Below are positions 38,340 through 48,616 of a DNA stretch of 56,753 bases, piece by piece. The stretch spans positions 1-56,753 of the forward strand of contig JBAXDB010000003.1 in the NCBI GenBank assembly GCA_037141135.1. Reading direction: 5' to 3'. The notes below the pieces were generated by a model. The model searched no databases, was not told the origin of the DNA, and saw only the letters and a list, made by a program, of their open reading frames with translations. The DNA is from a bacterium (GTDB lineage: Bacteria; Verrucomicrobiota; Kiritimatiellia; CAIKKV01; CAITUY01). Each line of letters begins with the position of its first letter. The first letter of the stretch is position 1. A program made the translations under genes and the position numbers.

Positions 38340-40229
38340 ATGCGCATCCTCCTGATCACGCCTCCCATGGTGCAAGTGAATGCACCCTATCCGGCCACAG
38401 CTTATTTGGCCGGCCTACTCGCATCAACAAAGCACGAGGTCATCCAGGCGGACGCCGCTCTCCTGCTGGCGCTCCGTTTGTTTTCCCGTTCCGGTCTCCT
38501 GAAAATCTCCAAGCATCTCAAGCCCCGGACCCGTTCCCGCAGCGTCCGGCATTTCCTTCAATATACGCACGAGTACACTGCCACCATTGAGCCCATTATC
38601 CGGTTCCTGCAAGGCAAGGACCCCACCCTGGCCTGGCGTATCGCCTCCCGTCAGTTTCTCCCCGAGGGTCCCCGCTTCGAATCCATGGCCGAAGCCCACG
38701 CCCATCTTGCACCTACTCTCGGCCATATGTCCACCCACGATCTGGCTATTCATCTGGCCAGCCTTTACCTGGACGACCTTACTGACGTCATCCGCGAAGG
38801 GGTGGACTCCCGTTTCGAATTGGCGAAATACGCTGAAAAACTCGCCGCCAGTGCACCCTCCTTCGACGGGATCGACTCCGCCTTGCGCCGCAAACCAACC
38901 CTTGTAGATTCCATGATTGAGGATATTGCCGATGAGCTGCTGCGGGCGCATCAGCCGGATCTGGTCGGCTTAACGCTTCCGTTCCCGGGCAATGTCTATG
39001 CCGCCTTCCGGATCGCCCGGCAGTTCAAAAAACAATCACCACACCTCCCGATTATTATGGGGGGCGGCTATATCAACACTGAACTTCGCTCCCTTTCTGA
39101 CCCTCGCGTATTCAATTACACCGACTTCATTACCCTGGATGATGGCGAGCGCCCTCTCCTGCAAATTGTCAACCATTTGGAAGTTCAGAAGAACCCGCGG
39201 CTGGCGAGGCATGCCCCCCCTCAACTTGAGCGGACTTTCACCCGCAAGCATGGTCGGGTGATCATTTCTGGAGTGTCTGGCTCTGGTCCGACCACATTAA
39301 CCCCTTTGACGCCCTTGTACTCAGGACTCCCGCTAGACCGCTATTTCTCGCTGATTGAGCTGCCCAATCCCATGCACAAAATATGGTCCTGCGGGCGTTG
39401 GAACAAATTGACTCTCGCGCAGGGCTGCTACTGGCACCGCTGCGCCTTCTGCGATACCAGTCTGGACTACATCCAACGCTACCAGCCTGCTCCTGCGGAG
39501 CTCCTGATCACACAGATTGAAGAGATCATCCGACAGACCGGCCAGACCGGGTTCCATTTTGTGGACGAAGCCATGCCTCCCGCTCTCCTGCGGAAACTGG
39601 CCCACCAGCTGCTCGAACGCAATTATAAAATCACCTGGTGGGGAAATATCCGGTTTGACAAATCCTTCACCCCGGAACTGGCCGCCTTGCTGGCGAAATC
39701 GGGCTGTATCGCCGTAACGGGCGGATTGGAATCCGCAACCGACCGCCTCCTCACCCTTCTGGATAAAGGATTCACACTCGACCAAGTCACGCGTGTCACC
39801 CACGCCTTGAGCGAAGCTGGCATCCTGATCCACGCCTACCTTATGTATGGCTGCCCGTCACAGACGGTTCAGGACACCGTGGATTCGCTCGAATTTGTGC
39901 GGCAACTTTTCGAAACGGGGTGCATTCAATCAGCCTATTGGCACCGATTTGCACTCACCATCCACAGCCCCATTTATCAGGATCCGCGCAAATTCGGAAT
40001 CCGCATCCCAAAACTCCCGAAATCAAATTTCGCCCGCAATGAAGTCCCATTTATTGATTCTGTAAAATGCGACCATGACGCGATGGGCCGGGGTCTTCGC
40101 AAATCCCTGTACAACTACATGTATGGCGTCGGCTTGGACATGGACCTTCAAGCCTGGTTCGACATCCCCATTCCACATCCGACACCTCATACCGACTACG
40201 TCGCCAATCAATTGGCCAGTTACCGATGA
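38340..40229 (+). CDS. B12-binding-like radical SAM protein
   Basis: PPMVQVNAPYPAT, MGGGY, GCYWHRCAFCD (Cx4Cx2C variant), FHFVDEA, GGLE, HAYLMYG. Confidence 0.88.
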   Translation: MRILLITPPMVQVNAPYPATAYLAGLLASTKHEVIQADAALLLALRLFSRSGLLKISKHLKPRTRSRSVRHFLQYTHEYTATIEPIIRFLQGKDPTLAWRIASRQFLPEGPRFESMAEAHAHLAPTLGHMSTHDLAIHLASLYLDDLTDVIREGVDSRFELAKYAEKLAASAPSFDGIDSALRRKPTLVDSMIEDIADELLRAHQPDLVGLTLPFPGNVYAAFRIARQFKKQSPHLPIIMGGGYINTELRSLSDPRVFNYTDFITLDDGERPLLQIVNHLEVQKNPRLARHAPPQLERTFTRKHGRVIISGVSGSGPTTLTPLTPLYSGLPLDRYFSLIELPNPMHKIWSCGRWNKLTLAQGCYWHRCAFCDTSLDYIQRYQPAPAELLITQIEEIIRQTGQTGFHFVDEAMPPALLRKLAHQLLERNYKITWWGNIRFDKSFTPELAALLAKSGCIAVTGGLESATDRLLTLLDKGFTLDQVTRVTHALSEAGILIHAYLMYGCPSQTVQDTVDSLEFVRQLFETGCIQSAYWHRFALTIHSPIYQDPRKFGIRIPKLPKSNFARNEVPFIDSVKCDHDAMGRGLRKSLYNYMYGVGLDMDLQAWFDIPIPHPTPHTDYVANQLASYR

Positions 40230-40280
40230 CGGAAAAAAGACTCCAATCGCAACAAAGAGTTGTGTATGATATCGCGTTTT

Positions 40281-41030
40281 ATGTCCTATCGAATTGTCAT
40301 ACTCAACGGGGCGAAGCGGGGGGAACGTCTTGATATCGGACGTTCCGCACTTACCATTGGCCGGGGTCCATTGTGTGATATTCAACTTCCCGATCACGAC
40401 ATCAGTGAAACCCACGCCAAAATCTCGCCTCTTGCGGATGGACTTCAAATTTCAGTGCTGGGCGAAACGGACCGACTGAAGGTAAATCAAGCTGAAATTA
40501 AAACGTCATCCCTGGAAAACGGCGATATGATCGAAATCGGCACCACACGACTGTTTGTGCAGTCTCAGCGAATCCCCGGACCCTGGGAAAACCTGCATTG
40601 GCTTCGCAAATGGCGGAAATGGATCACCATCGGCCTGCCAATCCTTCTGCTCGCGAGCGTACCTCTGGTATTCAATCGCTGCCGCCAGAAGGCCGAACCA
40701 CAACCTGCTCCTAGCCCGGTGGCCCGCCACAGTCTCTCTTCCTCAATGACTGACACCAACAATACCGACTGGATGGTCACTAACGCGCCACAGATACAAA
40801 TTCACTCCTCCATTATCCTGACCTCAATCCCGCCTGAGATTGACGACGCCAAAACAGTATTCATGCAATTCCGCACGAATAATCTCCAGCAGGAAATTGA
40901 TGCGGCCCAGAGGGAAATAGAATTTGCCGCCACCTTTCTATCAGAGGCCAGCGCACATCCCCCTGAAACTCAGGCACCCCCTGACACAGCCCTGACCGGT
41001 ACCCCGACAAACCAGACCGATAGACCTTAG
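40281..41030 (+). CDS. FHA domain membrane protein
   Basis: LTIGRGPLCDIQL..ISETHAKI..LENGDMIEIG, followed by one TM helix. Confidence 0.8.
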   Translation: MSYRIVILNGAKRGERLDIGRSALTIGRGPLCDIQLPDHDISETHAKISPLADGLQISVLGETDRLKVNQAEIKTSSLENGDMIEIGTTRLFVQSQRIPGPWENLHWLRKWRKWITIGLPILLLASVPLVFNRCRQKAEPQPAPSPVARHSLSSSMTDTNNTDWMVTNAPQIQIHSSIILTSIPPEIDDAKTVFMQFRTNNLQQEIDAAQREIEFAATFLSEASAHPPETQAPPDTALTGTPTNQTDRP

Positions 41031-41045
41031 TTGGGGCTCGAAAAT

Positions 41046-41069
41046 GCGTTCGCCGGGGACGTCGAACGC
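41046..41069. terminator. GC-rich hairpin between convergent genes
   Basis: GCGTTCG-N10-CGAACGC; no U-tract, so may be REP-like rather than a terminator. Confidence 0.3.
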
Positions 41070-41100
41070 CACCTTGAGCGAAAGCGATCTCGCCTGGCAT

Positions 41101-41970
41101 TCAAGCTGAACGGCGTCGAGTAACTGGCAGATAGTTCAGCAGCCAGATTGCCAGCAATGCGAGCAAATAAATGATCGTTCCGATCCCTTCATGAATGACA
41201 GAATAAGGGAGATCGGTCCGGAGCGCGGTTAACGCAATCGCCACAATCCTGATAATGTTGAAGCCGAACCCGATCAGCATGGAGGCGACCAGCAATAAGG
41301 CAACGCCATAGGCAGGAACACGCCGCTTGAGTGTTAACATCAAACTCAACACCACCGAGGACATCAGGATCCCTACCCCATTGCATTCCGTGGCCACATT
41401 GAAAACACCCGCCCCTTTCTCCGCGACAAGAAAAACCTGAAACGGCGCCTCTTGGACCAACAAGTCAATTCGGATGCCCAACAAGGGAAGAGCCCAGGCG
41501 GACACCCTGCCAGCAAGCATCCTGAGCAATTCATCAACCTGCGGCACCAATACCAGCATCATAACGACCACGCCAAACCCTGCCAGCGCGGGATAAAAGG
41601 CTTTCACTCCGTTTCGCCCGAAACAAAACGAAAGTAAGGCGCCGACATTCAGGCATAAACCCAGAACTGAAAACGGCCATATTTGCGTGCTGGACGCAAT
41701 CGCCAAAGCGAGGCAGGACAGGCCGAATAACAGCAGGCCGTGATTATTGATGGTTGGTCGGAACGGCCCTGTTTTTACGACTGTGAGCAGGGCATCGCCG
41801 AAGGCGACACCCAACAGCACAAAGGCATTCAATGCCTGGGTTGTCCCGAAACTCAGCTCCCATACGCCCCCCATCAAGGGACCATACGCAATGACCGCCA
41901 CCGCCAGAATCACGAATAAAAAGAAAAGATTTTCCCTCTGCTCCGTGATCATTTTTTCAGGGCTGCTCAT
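41101..41970 (-). CDS. Second exosortase/archaeosortase-family protein
   Basis: VATECNG (Cys), NIIRI (Arg), IHEG (His); ~8 TM helices. Confidence 0.8.
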   Translation of the reverse strand: MSSPEKMITEQRENLFFLFVILAVAVIAYGPLMGGVWELSFGTTQALNAFVLLGVAFGDALLTVVKTGPFRPTINNHGLLLFGLSCLALAIASSTQIWPFSVLGLCLNVGALLSFCFGRNGVKAFYPALAGFGVVVMMLVLVPQVDELLRMLAGRVSAWALPLLGIRIDLLVQEAPFQVFLVAEKGAGVFNVATECNGVGILMSSVVLSLMLTLKRRVPAYGVALLLVASMLIGFGFNIIRIVAIALTALRTDLPYSVIHEGIGTIIYLLALLAIWLLNYLPVTRRRSA

Positions 41971-41978
41971 GATCGCTC

Positions 41979-43343
41979 TTAATTACTCAACCCCTGTAAG
42001 GGAGCGGGAATGCGGCCGCCTCGCCGGATAAATACAGCACAGGAATGCGTATTGACCGGCATCACAGGCCCGCCCCCGAGCAGTCCGCCAAAATCGACAT
42101 AATCGCCGACTTTTTTCCCCGGCGCAGGGATCACCCTGACCGCCGTCGTCTTTTTATTGATCATGCCTATGGCGGCTTCATCCGCGATGATGCCGCTCAG
42201 GGTTTCGGCCGTGGTATCACCCGGCAAAATGACCATATCCAACCCCACGGAACACACCGCCGTCATTGCTTCAAGCTTCTCAATCGTCAAAGCCCCTTCC
42301 GCCGCACGCCGCGCCATGGTGGCATCCTCACTGACCGGGATGAAGGCACCGCTCATCCCGCCTGCACGACTGGTGGCCATGGCCCCGCCCCGCTTGACGG
42401 CATCGTTAAGCAACGCCAGCGCTGCGGTTGTCCCCGGAGAGCCAACTTTATCCAGCCCCAGTGCCTCCAGGATATCTGCGACCGAGTCACCAGGCGCAGG
42501 GGTGGGCGCCAGCGAAAGATCGATGATGTTAAAAGGCACGCCAAGACGGGTCGCACATTTCCGACCGACCAGCTCACCAGCGCGGGTTATCTTAAACGCG
42601 ACCCGCTTGATTTCCTCAGCCACCGTCTGCAAATCAAGATCGCGTCCCAGCGCCTGGACAACAGCCCGGATGGTGCCCGGGCCGGAAATCCCGACGGACA
42701 ACCCGCCATCGCCCTCACCCGCCCCCAGAAAGGCCCCGGCCATGAAAGGATTATCATCAACCGCATTACAAAACACCACCAACCGGGCACAGGCCCCACC
42801 ACCACTGTCTGCTGTCAGGTCAGCGGCCTCCTTGATGATTTTTCCCATCAAAGCCACCGCATCCATATTGATGCCCGCCTTGGTTGTACCGATATTCACG
42901 GAAGAGCATAAACGGGAGGTCTGCGCCAACGCACTGGGGATACAGCGTATCAAGGCCTCGCCAGCGGGCGTCATCCCTTTTTGAACCAACGCCGAGAAAC
43001 CCCCTATAAAATCGATTCCCAGTTCCCGGGCCGCACGATCAAGCGCGCGGGCGATCGGGGTATAATCCCGGGAATCACACGCGGCGGCAACCCAGGCGAT
43101 GGGAGTGACGGATACCCGTTTATTGATAATGGGAATACCATATTCCTGCGCCACCTCCTCCGCCGTCGGAACCAGGCGCGAGGCCATCCGCATGACCTTT
43201 TCATAGCACTTCCGGGACACGCGTACGACATCCTCCCCTGCGCAATCATGAAGATCGATCCCCATGGTCACCGTACGGATATCCAGATTCTGGGCATGAA
43301 TCATGCCCAGCGTTTCAATAATTTCCTGCGAACTGATTGCCAT
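41979..43343 (-). CDS. DUF711/UPF0210 (PFL-like) protein
   Basis: [51 protein letters not shown]. Confidence 0.92.
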   Translation of the reverse strand: MAISSQEIIETLGMIHAQNLDIRTVTMGIDLHDCAGEDVVRVSRKCYEKVMRMASRLVPTAEEVAQEYGIPIINKRVSVTPIAWVAAACDSRDYTPIARALDRAARELGIDFIGGFSALVQKGMTPAGEALIRCIPSALAQTSRLCSSVNIGTTKAGINMDAVALMGKIIKEAADLTADSGGGACARLVVFCNAVDDNPFMAGAFLGAGEGDGGLSVGISGPGTIRAVVQALGRDLDLQTVAEEIKRVAFKITRAGELVGRKCATRLGVPFNIIDLSLAPTPAPGDSVADILEALGLDKVGSPGTTAALALLNDAVKRGGAMATSRAGGMSGAFIPVSEDATMARRAAEGALTIEKLEAMTAVCSVGLDMVILPGDTTAETLSGIIADEAAIGMINKKTTAVRVIPAPGKKVGDYVDFGGLLGGGPVMPVNTHSCAVFIRRGGRIPAPLQGLSN

Positions 43344-43366
43344 CTTTTATCCCCTGGTCATTATGA

Positions 43367-43750
43367 TTAAATCCGGTGCATGGCCTGGAATATCTCTTCG
43401 TGTTGCGCAATAATCGAGAGCCCGGAGCTACGCCCATAGGCTTCCAAGGTGGCCTTCAGCCTGGAGTAGGGTACGGTAATTTTTTTGATATCCACCAGCA
43501 TAACCATCGTAAACAGGTCGCTCATGATCGTCTGGCTCACATCCAGAATATTGGCATTCACGCTGGCCAGTACCCCTGTCACCCCGGCCATAATTCCAGG
43601 CCGATCCTCGCCGATTACCGCAATAACAATACGACTTTCCGCCTTGGTTGCCTGCGAAGCCGCGACGGCCCTCGCATGCGCCGCCAAAACCTTCATTCTC
43701 CCCTGAACCTTGACCTGCTTTTTTTTATTCTTCATCTTGGCTCCCGCCAT
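43367..43750 (-). CDS. ACT domain protein (UPF0237)
   Basis: VIGEDRPGI..NILDVSQTI..FTMVMLVD..QHEEIFQAMHRI; usual partner of DUF711. Confidence 0.9.
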   Translation of the reverse strand: MAGAKMKNKKKQVKVQGRMKVLAAHARAVAASQATKAESRIVIAVIGEDRPGIMAGVTGVLASVNANILDVSQTIMSDLFTMVMLVDIKKITVPYSRLKATLEAYGRSSGLSIIAQHEEIFQAMHRI

Positions 43751-43753
43751 AAA

Positions 43754-45010
43754 TTAATGTAACAGCACCATTAAAGCCGTCATTCCCAAAAACAATAACC
43801 CTAATAAAATCTTGCTCGTAACCACATTACGGCGGCTCCAGGCGACCAGCACCGGCGTCTTCAACCCGGCACACGTCAACCCCAGCACAATGAGTAATGG
43901 CATCACAAAAACCGCATTATACACCAACAGGTAAACCATGCACCGCCAAATTGACTGCCCGCTTTTCAGCATCATGACTAAAGCTGGCACATAAACCTGA
44001 CCCGTACAGACACTCTCCAAAACGGTTACAACCACTCCCACTCCCAACCCGCCAAGGATCAGGTGATGCTTCTGCAGACCACCCTTCATGACCCGATGAA
44101 TCCGGGTCTGAAGTTTATCCGGCAATTTTAAGACCACATCCGCCGCCCGTCCCGTGCGATGATATCGCACCGCATCCCGGAATGACAATAAAGCGAATCC
44201 CATCATAACCGTAATCAGTAACCAATCCATGACCTCCCGCAGTCCCTGGAAAGCTGTGAGAAAACCCAACACTTTTAAAAGCCCGAACCCGATCCCGAGA
44301 TAAGTCACAAAACAGGCCACCAGAAACGCCAGGCCCGATAACCACATTCGCGACACCCCTATCCGTGCCGATGACAAAAGACTCATGAATAACACCAAGG
44401 CAGCAATCGCACAGGGATTAATGCTGTCCACCGCCGCGACCGAGATCACCCCGAGCAGCGTAAACCGATCAATCCGACGCTGCAAAATCGACACATCAGT
44501 CACACCCACCCCTACCCCTCCAAGGAGAGGATCAGGCAGAAGATTTTGTGATCCAACGAGTTCCCCTCCTCGACTTGCCACTAGTTCTGGATCCCCTCCT
44601 TGGAGGGGCAAGGGGTGGGTGTGGCTGAATTGACGTCTCAACGCCTGTTCGATGGCTGGAAACAATTGCGCTTTGATCCGCGCCACTCCAGGCAGGTAAT
44701 CATGACCATCAACCACAAGGCTGACGGGTTCATTGTCCTTTCCCCCGGCAACTTCCTGATAATGCACTAGCGCGATAAAATTAGACTGAATTCCAATGTC
44801 CCGTTCATGAAGATCATAGTAGCCTGAATACCGCTGCTCCAATTCAGGGAATACCGTCCGCCTCACCTCCGCACAACTGTCACATCCCGTTTCGAAAAAA
44901 AATTCCATGACCACTTTCTGCGGCGCCACCTCAGAAGCCTCATGCGCCCCCCATGCCGGTAGGGAAGTAAGGAACAGCAGCAGCAGCAACAACTTAAGCT
45001 TCACGATCAT
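43754..45010 (-). CDS. Glutaredoxin-like + CcdA/DsbD-TM membrane redox protein
   Basis: Signal peptide, CDSC, TM cysteines in DSINPCA and ESVCTGQVY; start moved to MIVKLK because the upstream extension is a repeat element. Confidence 0.78.
   Translation of the reverse strand: MIVKLKLLLLLLFLTSLPAWGAHEASEVAPQKVVMEFFFETGCDSCAEVRRTVFPELEQRYSGYYDLHERDIGIQSNFIALVHYQEVAGGKDNEPVSLVVDGHDYLPGVARIKAQLFPAIEQALRRQFSHTHPLPLQGGDPELVASRGGELVGSQNLLPDPLLGGVGVGVTDVSILQRRIDRFTLLGVISVAAVDSINPCAIAALVLFMSLLSSARIGVSRMWLSGLAFLVACFVTYLGIGFGLLKVLGFLTAFQGLREVMDWLLITVMMGFALLSFRDAVRYHRTGRAADVVLKLPDKLQTRIHRVMKGGLQKHHLILGGLGVGVVVTVLESVCTGQVYVPALVMMLKSGQSIWRCMVYLLVYNAVFVMPLLIVLGLTCAGLKTPVLVAWSRRNVVTSKILLGLLFLGMTALMVLLH
44496..44628. 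mobile_element. Palindromic MITE/REP-like element inserted in frame
   Basis: ~38 bp imperfect terminal IRs: tcagtcacacccacccctacccctccaaggagaggatc and gatcccctccttggaggggcaaggggtgggtgtggctga. Confidence 0.75.
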
Positions 45011-45021
45011 TGAGCTCCCCC

Positions 45022-45118
45022 ATGAAGCACCCAACCCTAACCCCTCCATGGATGGGATAATATCGGCAAACTCCGAAGGAGTGCCCCTCCCTGGAAGGGT
45101 TAGGGTTGGGTGCTTCAT
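45022..45118. mobile_element. Palindromic MITE/REP-like element, intergenic
   Basis: ~35 bp IRs: atgaagcacccaaccctaacccctccatggatggg and cccctccctggaagggttagggttgggtgcttcat; same family as 44496. Confidence 0.75.
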
Positions 45119-46134
45119 CACACGACCGGAACAATCCAGCCGAACCTGTCCGCTTCTTCACACAACTGGATACGCGTCAGATGATCGTACAATTCCCGGG
45201 TCACAGGCCCCACCTCGAAATTGTTGTAGACCTTTTCCAGGCCTTCGCAAGTGATGGAACCAATGGGACTGATCACTGCCGCGGTGCCGGAACAAAAGGC
45301 CTCATCGGCATCGAAAGCCTCCTCCACGGACACGTTCTTCTCGACCACTTTCATGCCCATGACATCCTGTGCAATCTGCATCACTGATTTGCGGGTAATC
45401 CCCGGCAAGATCGAACCCAGGCGGGGCGTTATCACCGTTTTCCCCTTCACACAGAAGAAATTGGCCGCGCCCACCTCCTCGATATACTTGTCCTCGCGCG
45501 CATCCAGATAAATACATTCATTAAACCCTTTTGCCTTGGTTGTTTTGGCAGGTAACATCGCCCCGGCATAGTTGCCAATGGACTTTACCCCCCCCGTCCC
45601 CTTCGGTGCCGCACGATGAAACTCGCGCGTAATTTCAAGTTTAATCGGTTTGAATCCGGTTTTGAAATACGGTCCCACGGGGGAAACATAGACCATAAAC
45701 GTGAATTCGGGCGCGGGCGAAACCCCCAACACAGGCCCCGTGCCCCACAGGCAGGGCCGGATGTAGAGACTGCCTTTGCCATACGGCGGTACGAATTCGA
45801 TATTCCTCCGCACCAATTCCCTGATCACTTCCACAAACTTGTCCGCAGGATAGGCCGGTATACAAATCCTGTGGGCTCCTTCGCCCATACGAATGGCGTT
45901 TTCGGCAGGGCGGAACAACACGACTTTCCCCTCCTTCGTCTGCAGTGCCTTCAACCCTTCAAACAGGCCCTGCCCATAATTCAACACTCCAGCCGCCGGA
46001 GAAATCGGGATATCACCATAGGGCAGATAGGCCCCCTGATCCCATACACCATCAGGCTTGCACTTGCTGATGAACATGGTTTCTCCAGGCATGATCGAAA
46101 AAGACAGTTTGTCGAAATCAATTTTTGGGGACAC
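45118..46134 (-). CDS. ilvE: Branched-chain amino acid aminotransferase
   Basis: LNYGQGLFEGLKA, LYIRP, GGVKSIGNY (PLP Lys), EEVGAANFF, ILPGITRKS, GTAAVISP; GTG start after AGGAG. Confidence 0.95.
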   Translation of the reverse strand: MSPKIDFDKLSFSIMPGETMFISKCKPDGVWDQGAYLPYGDIPISPAAGVLNYGQGLFEGLKALQTKEGKVVLFRPAENAIRMGEGAHRICIPAYPADKFVEVIRELVRRNIEFVPPYGKGSLYIRPCLWGTGPVLGVSPAPEFTFMVYVSPVGPYFKTGFKPIKLEITREFHRAAPKGTGGVKSIGNYAGAMLPAKTTKAKGFNECIYLDAREDKYIEEVGAANFFCVKGKTVITPRLGSILPGITRKSVMQIAQDVMGMKVVEKNVSVEEAFDADEAFCSGTAAVISPIGSITCEGLEKVYNNFEVGPVTRELYDHLTRIQLCEEADRFGWIVPVV

Positions 46135-46138
46135 GTTG

Positions 46139-46687
46139 TTACTCCTGCTCAATTTTAGCTGCCTCAAATCCCAGTTTCATGACTTGTAAATTTTTGCCAA
46201 TCAGCTTTTGCAGCTTGGCCGAAGAAATATTATTGATGGCCGTTTCCACGGCTTTAAACGATACGATACCGGTCAGCTTGATGACTGCACCCAACATTAC
46301 CATGTTTGCCATACGGCTATCCCCATGCTCCCTCGCAATACGGGTGGCTTCAATATACACCGTTTTAATATCCGTGCGTGATGTCCGTTTTTTGACCAGA
46401 CTGGAATTCACGAAGAGCAGTCCCCCCGGCGCCACCTTGTCATGAAAGCAATCATAGGAGACCTCATCCAGAACCATCACCACCATCGGTTCATTCACAA
46501 TCGGAGACCCGATCGCTTCATCAGACACCACCACGGTGCAGTTCGCCATCCCGCCCCGCATGGCAATCCCATAGGAGGGAAAGAAGGTGACATGCCGGTT
46601 ATCAGCCAGTCCGGCATTGGCCACCAACGCTCCCAGAGAAACGACTCCCTGCCCGCCAAATCCTGCAAATATGCAACGCTGTTCCAT
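46139..46687 (-). CDS. 2-oxoacid:ferredoxin oxidoreductase gamma subunit
   Basis: AGFGGQGV, PSYGIAMRGG, NMVMLGA. Confidence 0.92.
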   Translation of the reverse strand: MEQRCIFAGFGGQGVVSLGALVANAGLADNRHVTFFPSYGIAMRGGMANCTVVVSDEAIGSPIVNEPMVVMVLDEVSYDCFHDKVAPGGLLFVNSSLVKKRTSRTDIKTVYIEATRIAREHGDSRMANMVMLGAVIKLTGIVSFKAVETAINNISSAKLQKLIGKNLQVMKLGFEAAKIEQE

Positions 46688-46700
46688 GGTTCCAGCCTTC

Positions 46701-47477
46701 CTATTCCCGGGGCGTTGCACAGACGCCATCCACCTTGAACTCACCCAGGGGATACTGGGACACCATATTCTTGTCGACAAAGTCCAGAGCCTCAACCGGC
46801 TGCATGCCCCAATTGACAGGACAGGAGGTCAACACTTCAACCAGCGAAAAACCCTTGCGGTTGAGTTGAACCTCAAACGCTTTCTTGATGGCCTTCTTTG
46901 TTTTAATCACATTGGCGGGAGTGTGCACCGTGGTACGCGCCAGGTAGGTCACTCCATCCAGACTTTGCAGAAGCTCACAAATGCGGATCGGATAGCCCAT
47001 ACCCGACGAGGCATCACGTCCATCAGGACAAGTGGTCGCCGCCTGCCCCGGCAGGGTCGTTGGCGCCATCTGACCTCCGGTCATTCCATAAATCGCATTA
47101 TTCACAAAGATGGTGGTGATATTCTCGCCGCGGTTGGCAGCATGGATAATCTCCGCCATGCCGATGGAGGCCAGGTCACCATCCCCCTGATAGGCCAGGA
47201 CAAACGTATCCGGCAGGGACCGCTTGATACCGGTCGCCGCAGCGGGGGTTCGGCCGTGGGCGGATTGACATATATCCAGGCCTAAAAACGTATAAGCCAG
47301 AATGGAACATCCCACCGGAGCCATAAATACACAGTTATCAGCGAGGTTGAACTCCTCAATCAACTCGCACACCACACGATGCACCACCCCGTGGCCGCAA
47401 CCGGGGCAATAAGGGGACTGCTTGCCATCCCACAATGAGGATCGCCCGGCAACTTTGATCATGTCCATATCATTCAT
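46701..47477 (-). CDS. 2-oxoacid:ferredoxin oxidoreductase beta (TPP-binding) subunit
   Basis: YCPGCGHG, HGR, GDGD..NNAIYGMTGGQ, CPVNW. Confidence 0.93.
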   Translation of the reverse strand: MNDMDMIKVAGRSSLWDGKQSPYCPGCGHGVVHRVVCELIEEFNLADNCVFMAPVGCSILAYTFLGLDICQSAHGRTPAAATGIKRSLPDTFVLAYQGDGDLASIGMAEIIHAANRGENITTIFVNNAIYGMTGGQMAPTTLPGQAATTCPDGRDASSGMGYPIRICELLQSLDGVTYLARTTVHTPANVIKTKKAIKKAFEVQLNRKGFSLVEVLTSCPVNWGMQPVEALDFVDKNMVSQYPLGEFKVDGVCATPRE

Positions 47478-47489
47478 AAGATAATTGCC

Positions 47490-48599
47490 TCAGGAAATTT
47501 TCCAATCAATCACGGTGCCCCGTGTTGAGATAGTACCTGCCCGTTTGTTAACCAGCACATGGTCGATGATTTCCATGATATCACGATCCCGCGGAATCCC
47601 GCCACCCGGCCGCCCATGAAAATGAAGCGCCGCATCGCCCAACCCCGCCAGTTTGACATCCTCAATCATCTGACCCAGACTCATTTCCACAACCAGAAAT
47701 TCCTTGGTTTTCGCTGCCGCCTCAGAAATGGCCTGATACGGGAACGGCCAGAGTGTGATCGGCCGGATCAATCCCACTTTCAAACCCTTTGTCCTGGCCA
47801 GTTGCATCACTTGCATACAGATACGCGAGGAGGTGCCATACGCCACAAGAATGAGATCAGCATCCTCACACTGAATCGTTTCGAACATGAGTTCGTTTTT
47901 CTTCATTTCCTCAAACTTGGCTTTGAAAATCCAGTTCCACTCCTCAACCACCCCCGCCTCGAGTGAAAGGGAGTTGATCATGTTCGGTTTACGGCCATTC
48001 CGAGCACCCCCGACAGCCCAGGGCTTGGCTGGCGGATTCGGAGTGCTCTCGCTCAACATCACGGGCTCCATCATCTGTCCGATAACGGCATCCCCCAGGA
48101 TGAGAACCGGGTTACGATAGCGATCCGCCACATCAAATGCTTTACCCGTCAGATCAGCGGCCTCCTGAACGGAGGCCGGGGCATAGACCACCAGATGATA
48201 ATCTCCGTGCCCCCCACCCTTGCAGGACTGAAAGTAGTCCGCTTGCGAGGGTGCAATATTCCCCAGGCCGGGTCCACCCCGCATAATATTCACGATTACC
48301 GCTGGAAGTTGGGCACCCACCAGGAACGAGATGCCTTCCTGCTTAAGCGAAATGCCGGGGCCTGAGGAACTGGTCATGCTCCGCATGCCCGCAGCCGCCG
48401 CGCCATACACCATGTTAATGGCCGCCACTTCACTCTCAGCCTGGATAAACGTCCGACCCGCTGCCGGGAGGTGCACCGACATATAGGCGATCAACTCATT
48501 TTGCGGGGTTATCGGATAGCCGAAATACGATTGCACCCCAGCCCGGATGGCCGACTCAGCAATCGCCTCATTTCCCTTCATCAACACTCGTTCGCCCAT
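47490..48599 (-). CDS. vorB: 2-oxoisovalerate:ferredoxin oxidoreductase alpha subunit (VorB-type)
   Basis: MKGNEAIAE, GYPITPQ, QAESEVAAINMVYGA, RGGPGLGNI, GGGHGDY. Confidence 0.88.
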   Translation of the reverse strand: MGERVLMKGNEAIAESAIRAGVQSYFGYPITPQNELIAYMSVHLPAAGRTFIQAESEVAAINMVYGAAAAGMRSMTSSSGPGISLKQEGISFLVGAQLPAVIVNIMRGGPGLGNIAPSQADYFQSCKGGGHGDYHLVVYAPASVQEAADLTGKAFDVADRYRNPVLILGDAVIGQMMEPVMLSESTPNPPAKPWAVGGARNGRKPNMINSLSLEAGVVEEWNWIFKAKFEEMKKNELMFETIQCEDADLILVAYGTSSRICMQVMQLARTKGLKVGLIRPITLWPFPYQAISEAAAKTKEFLVVEMSLGQMIEDVKLAGLGDAALHFHGRPGGGIPRDRDIMEIIDHVLVNKRAGTISTRGTVIDWKIS

Positions 48600-48616
48600 A
48601 AAAACCTCTGTAATCG

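Noticed and set aside
42045-42984. Long plus-strand ORFs (288 and 275 aa)
   Set aside because: Antisense shadows of the GC-rich DUF711 gene; no motifs or RBS
45011-45121. N-terminal extension MMKHPTLTLPGRG of the ORF-track protein
   Set aside because: It is translated palindromic element placed before a clear signal peptide
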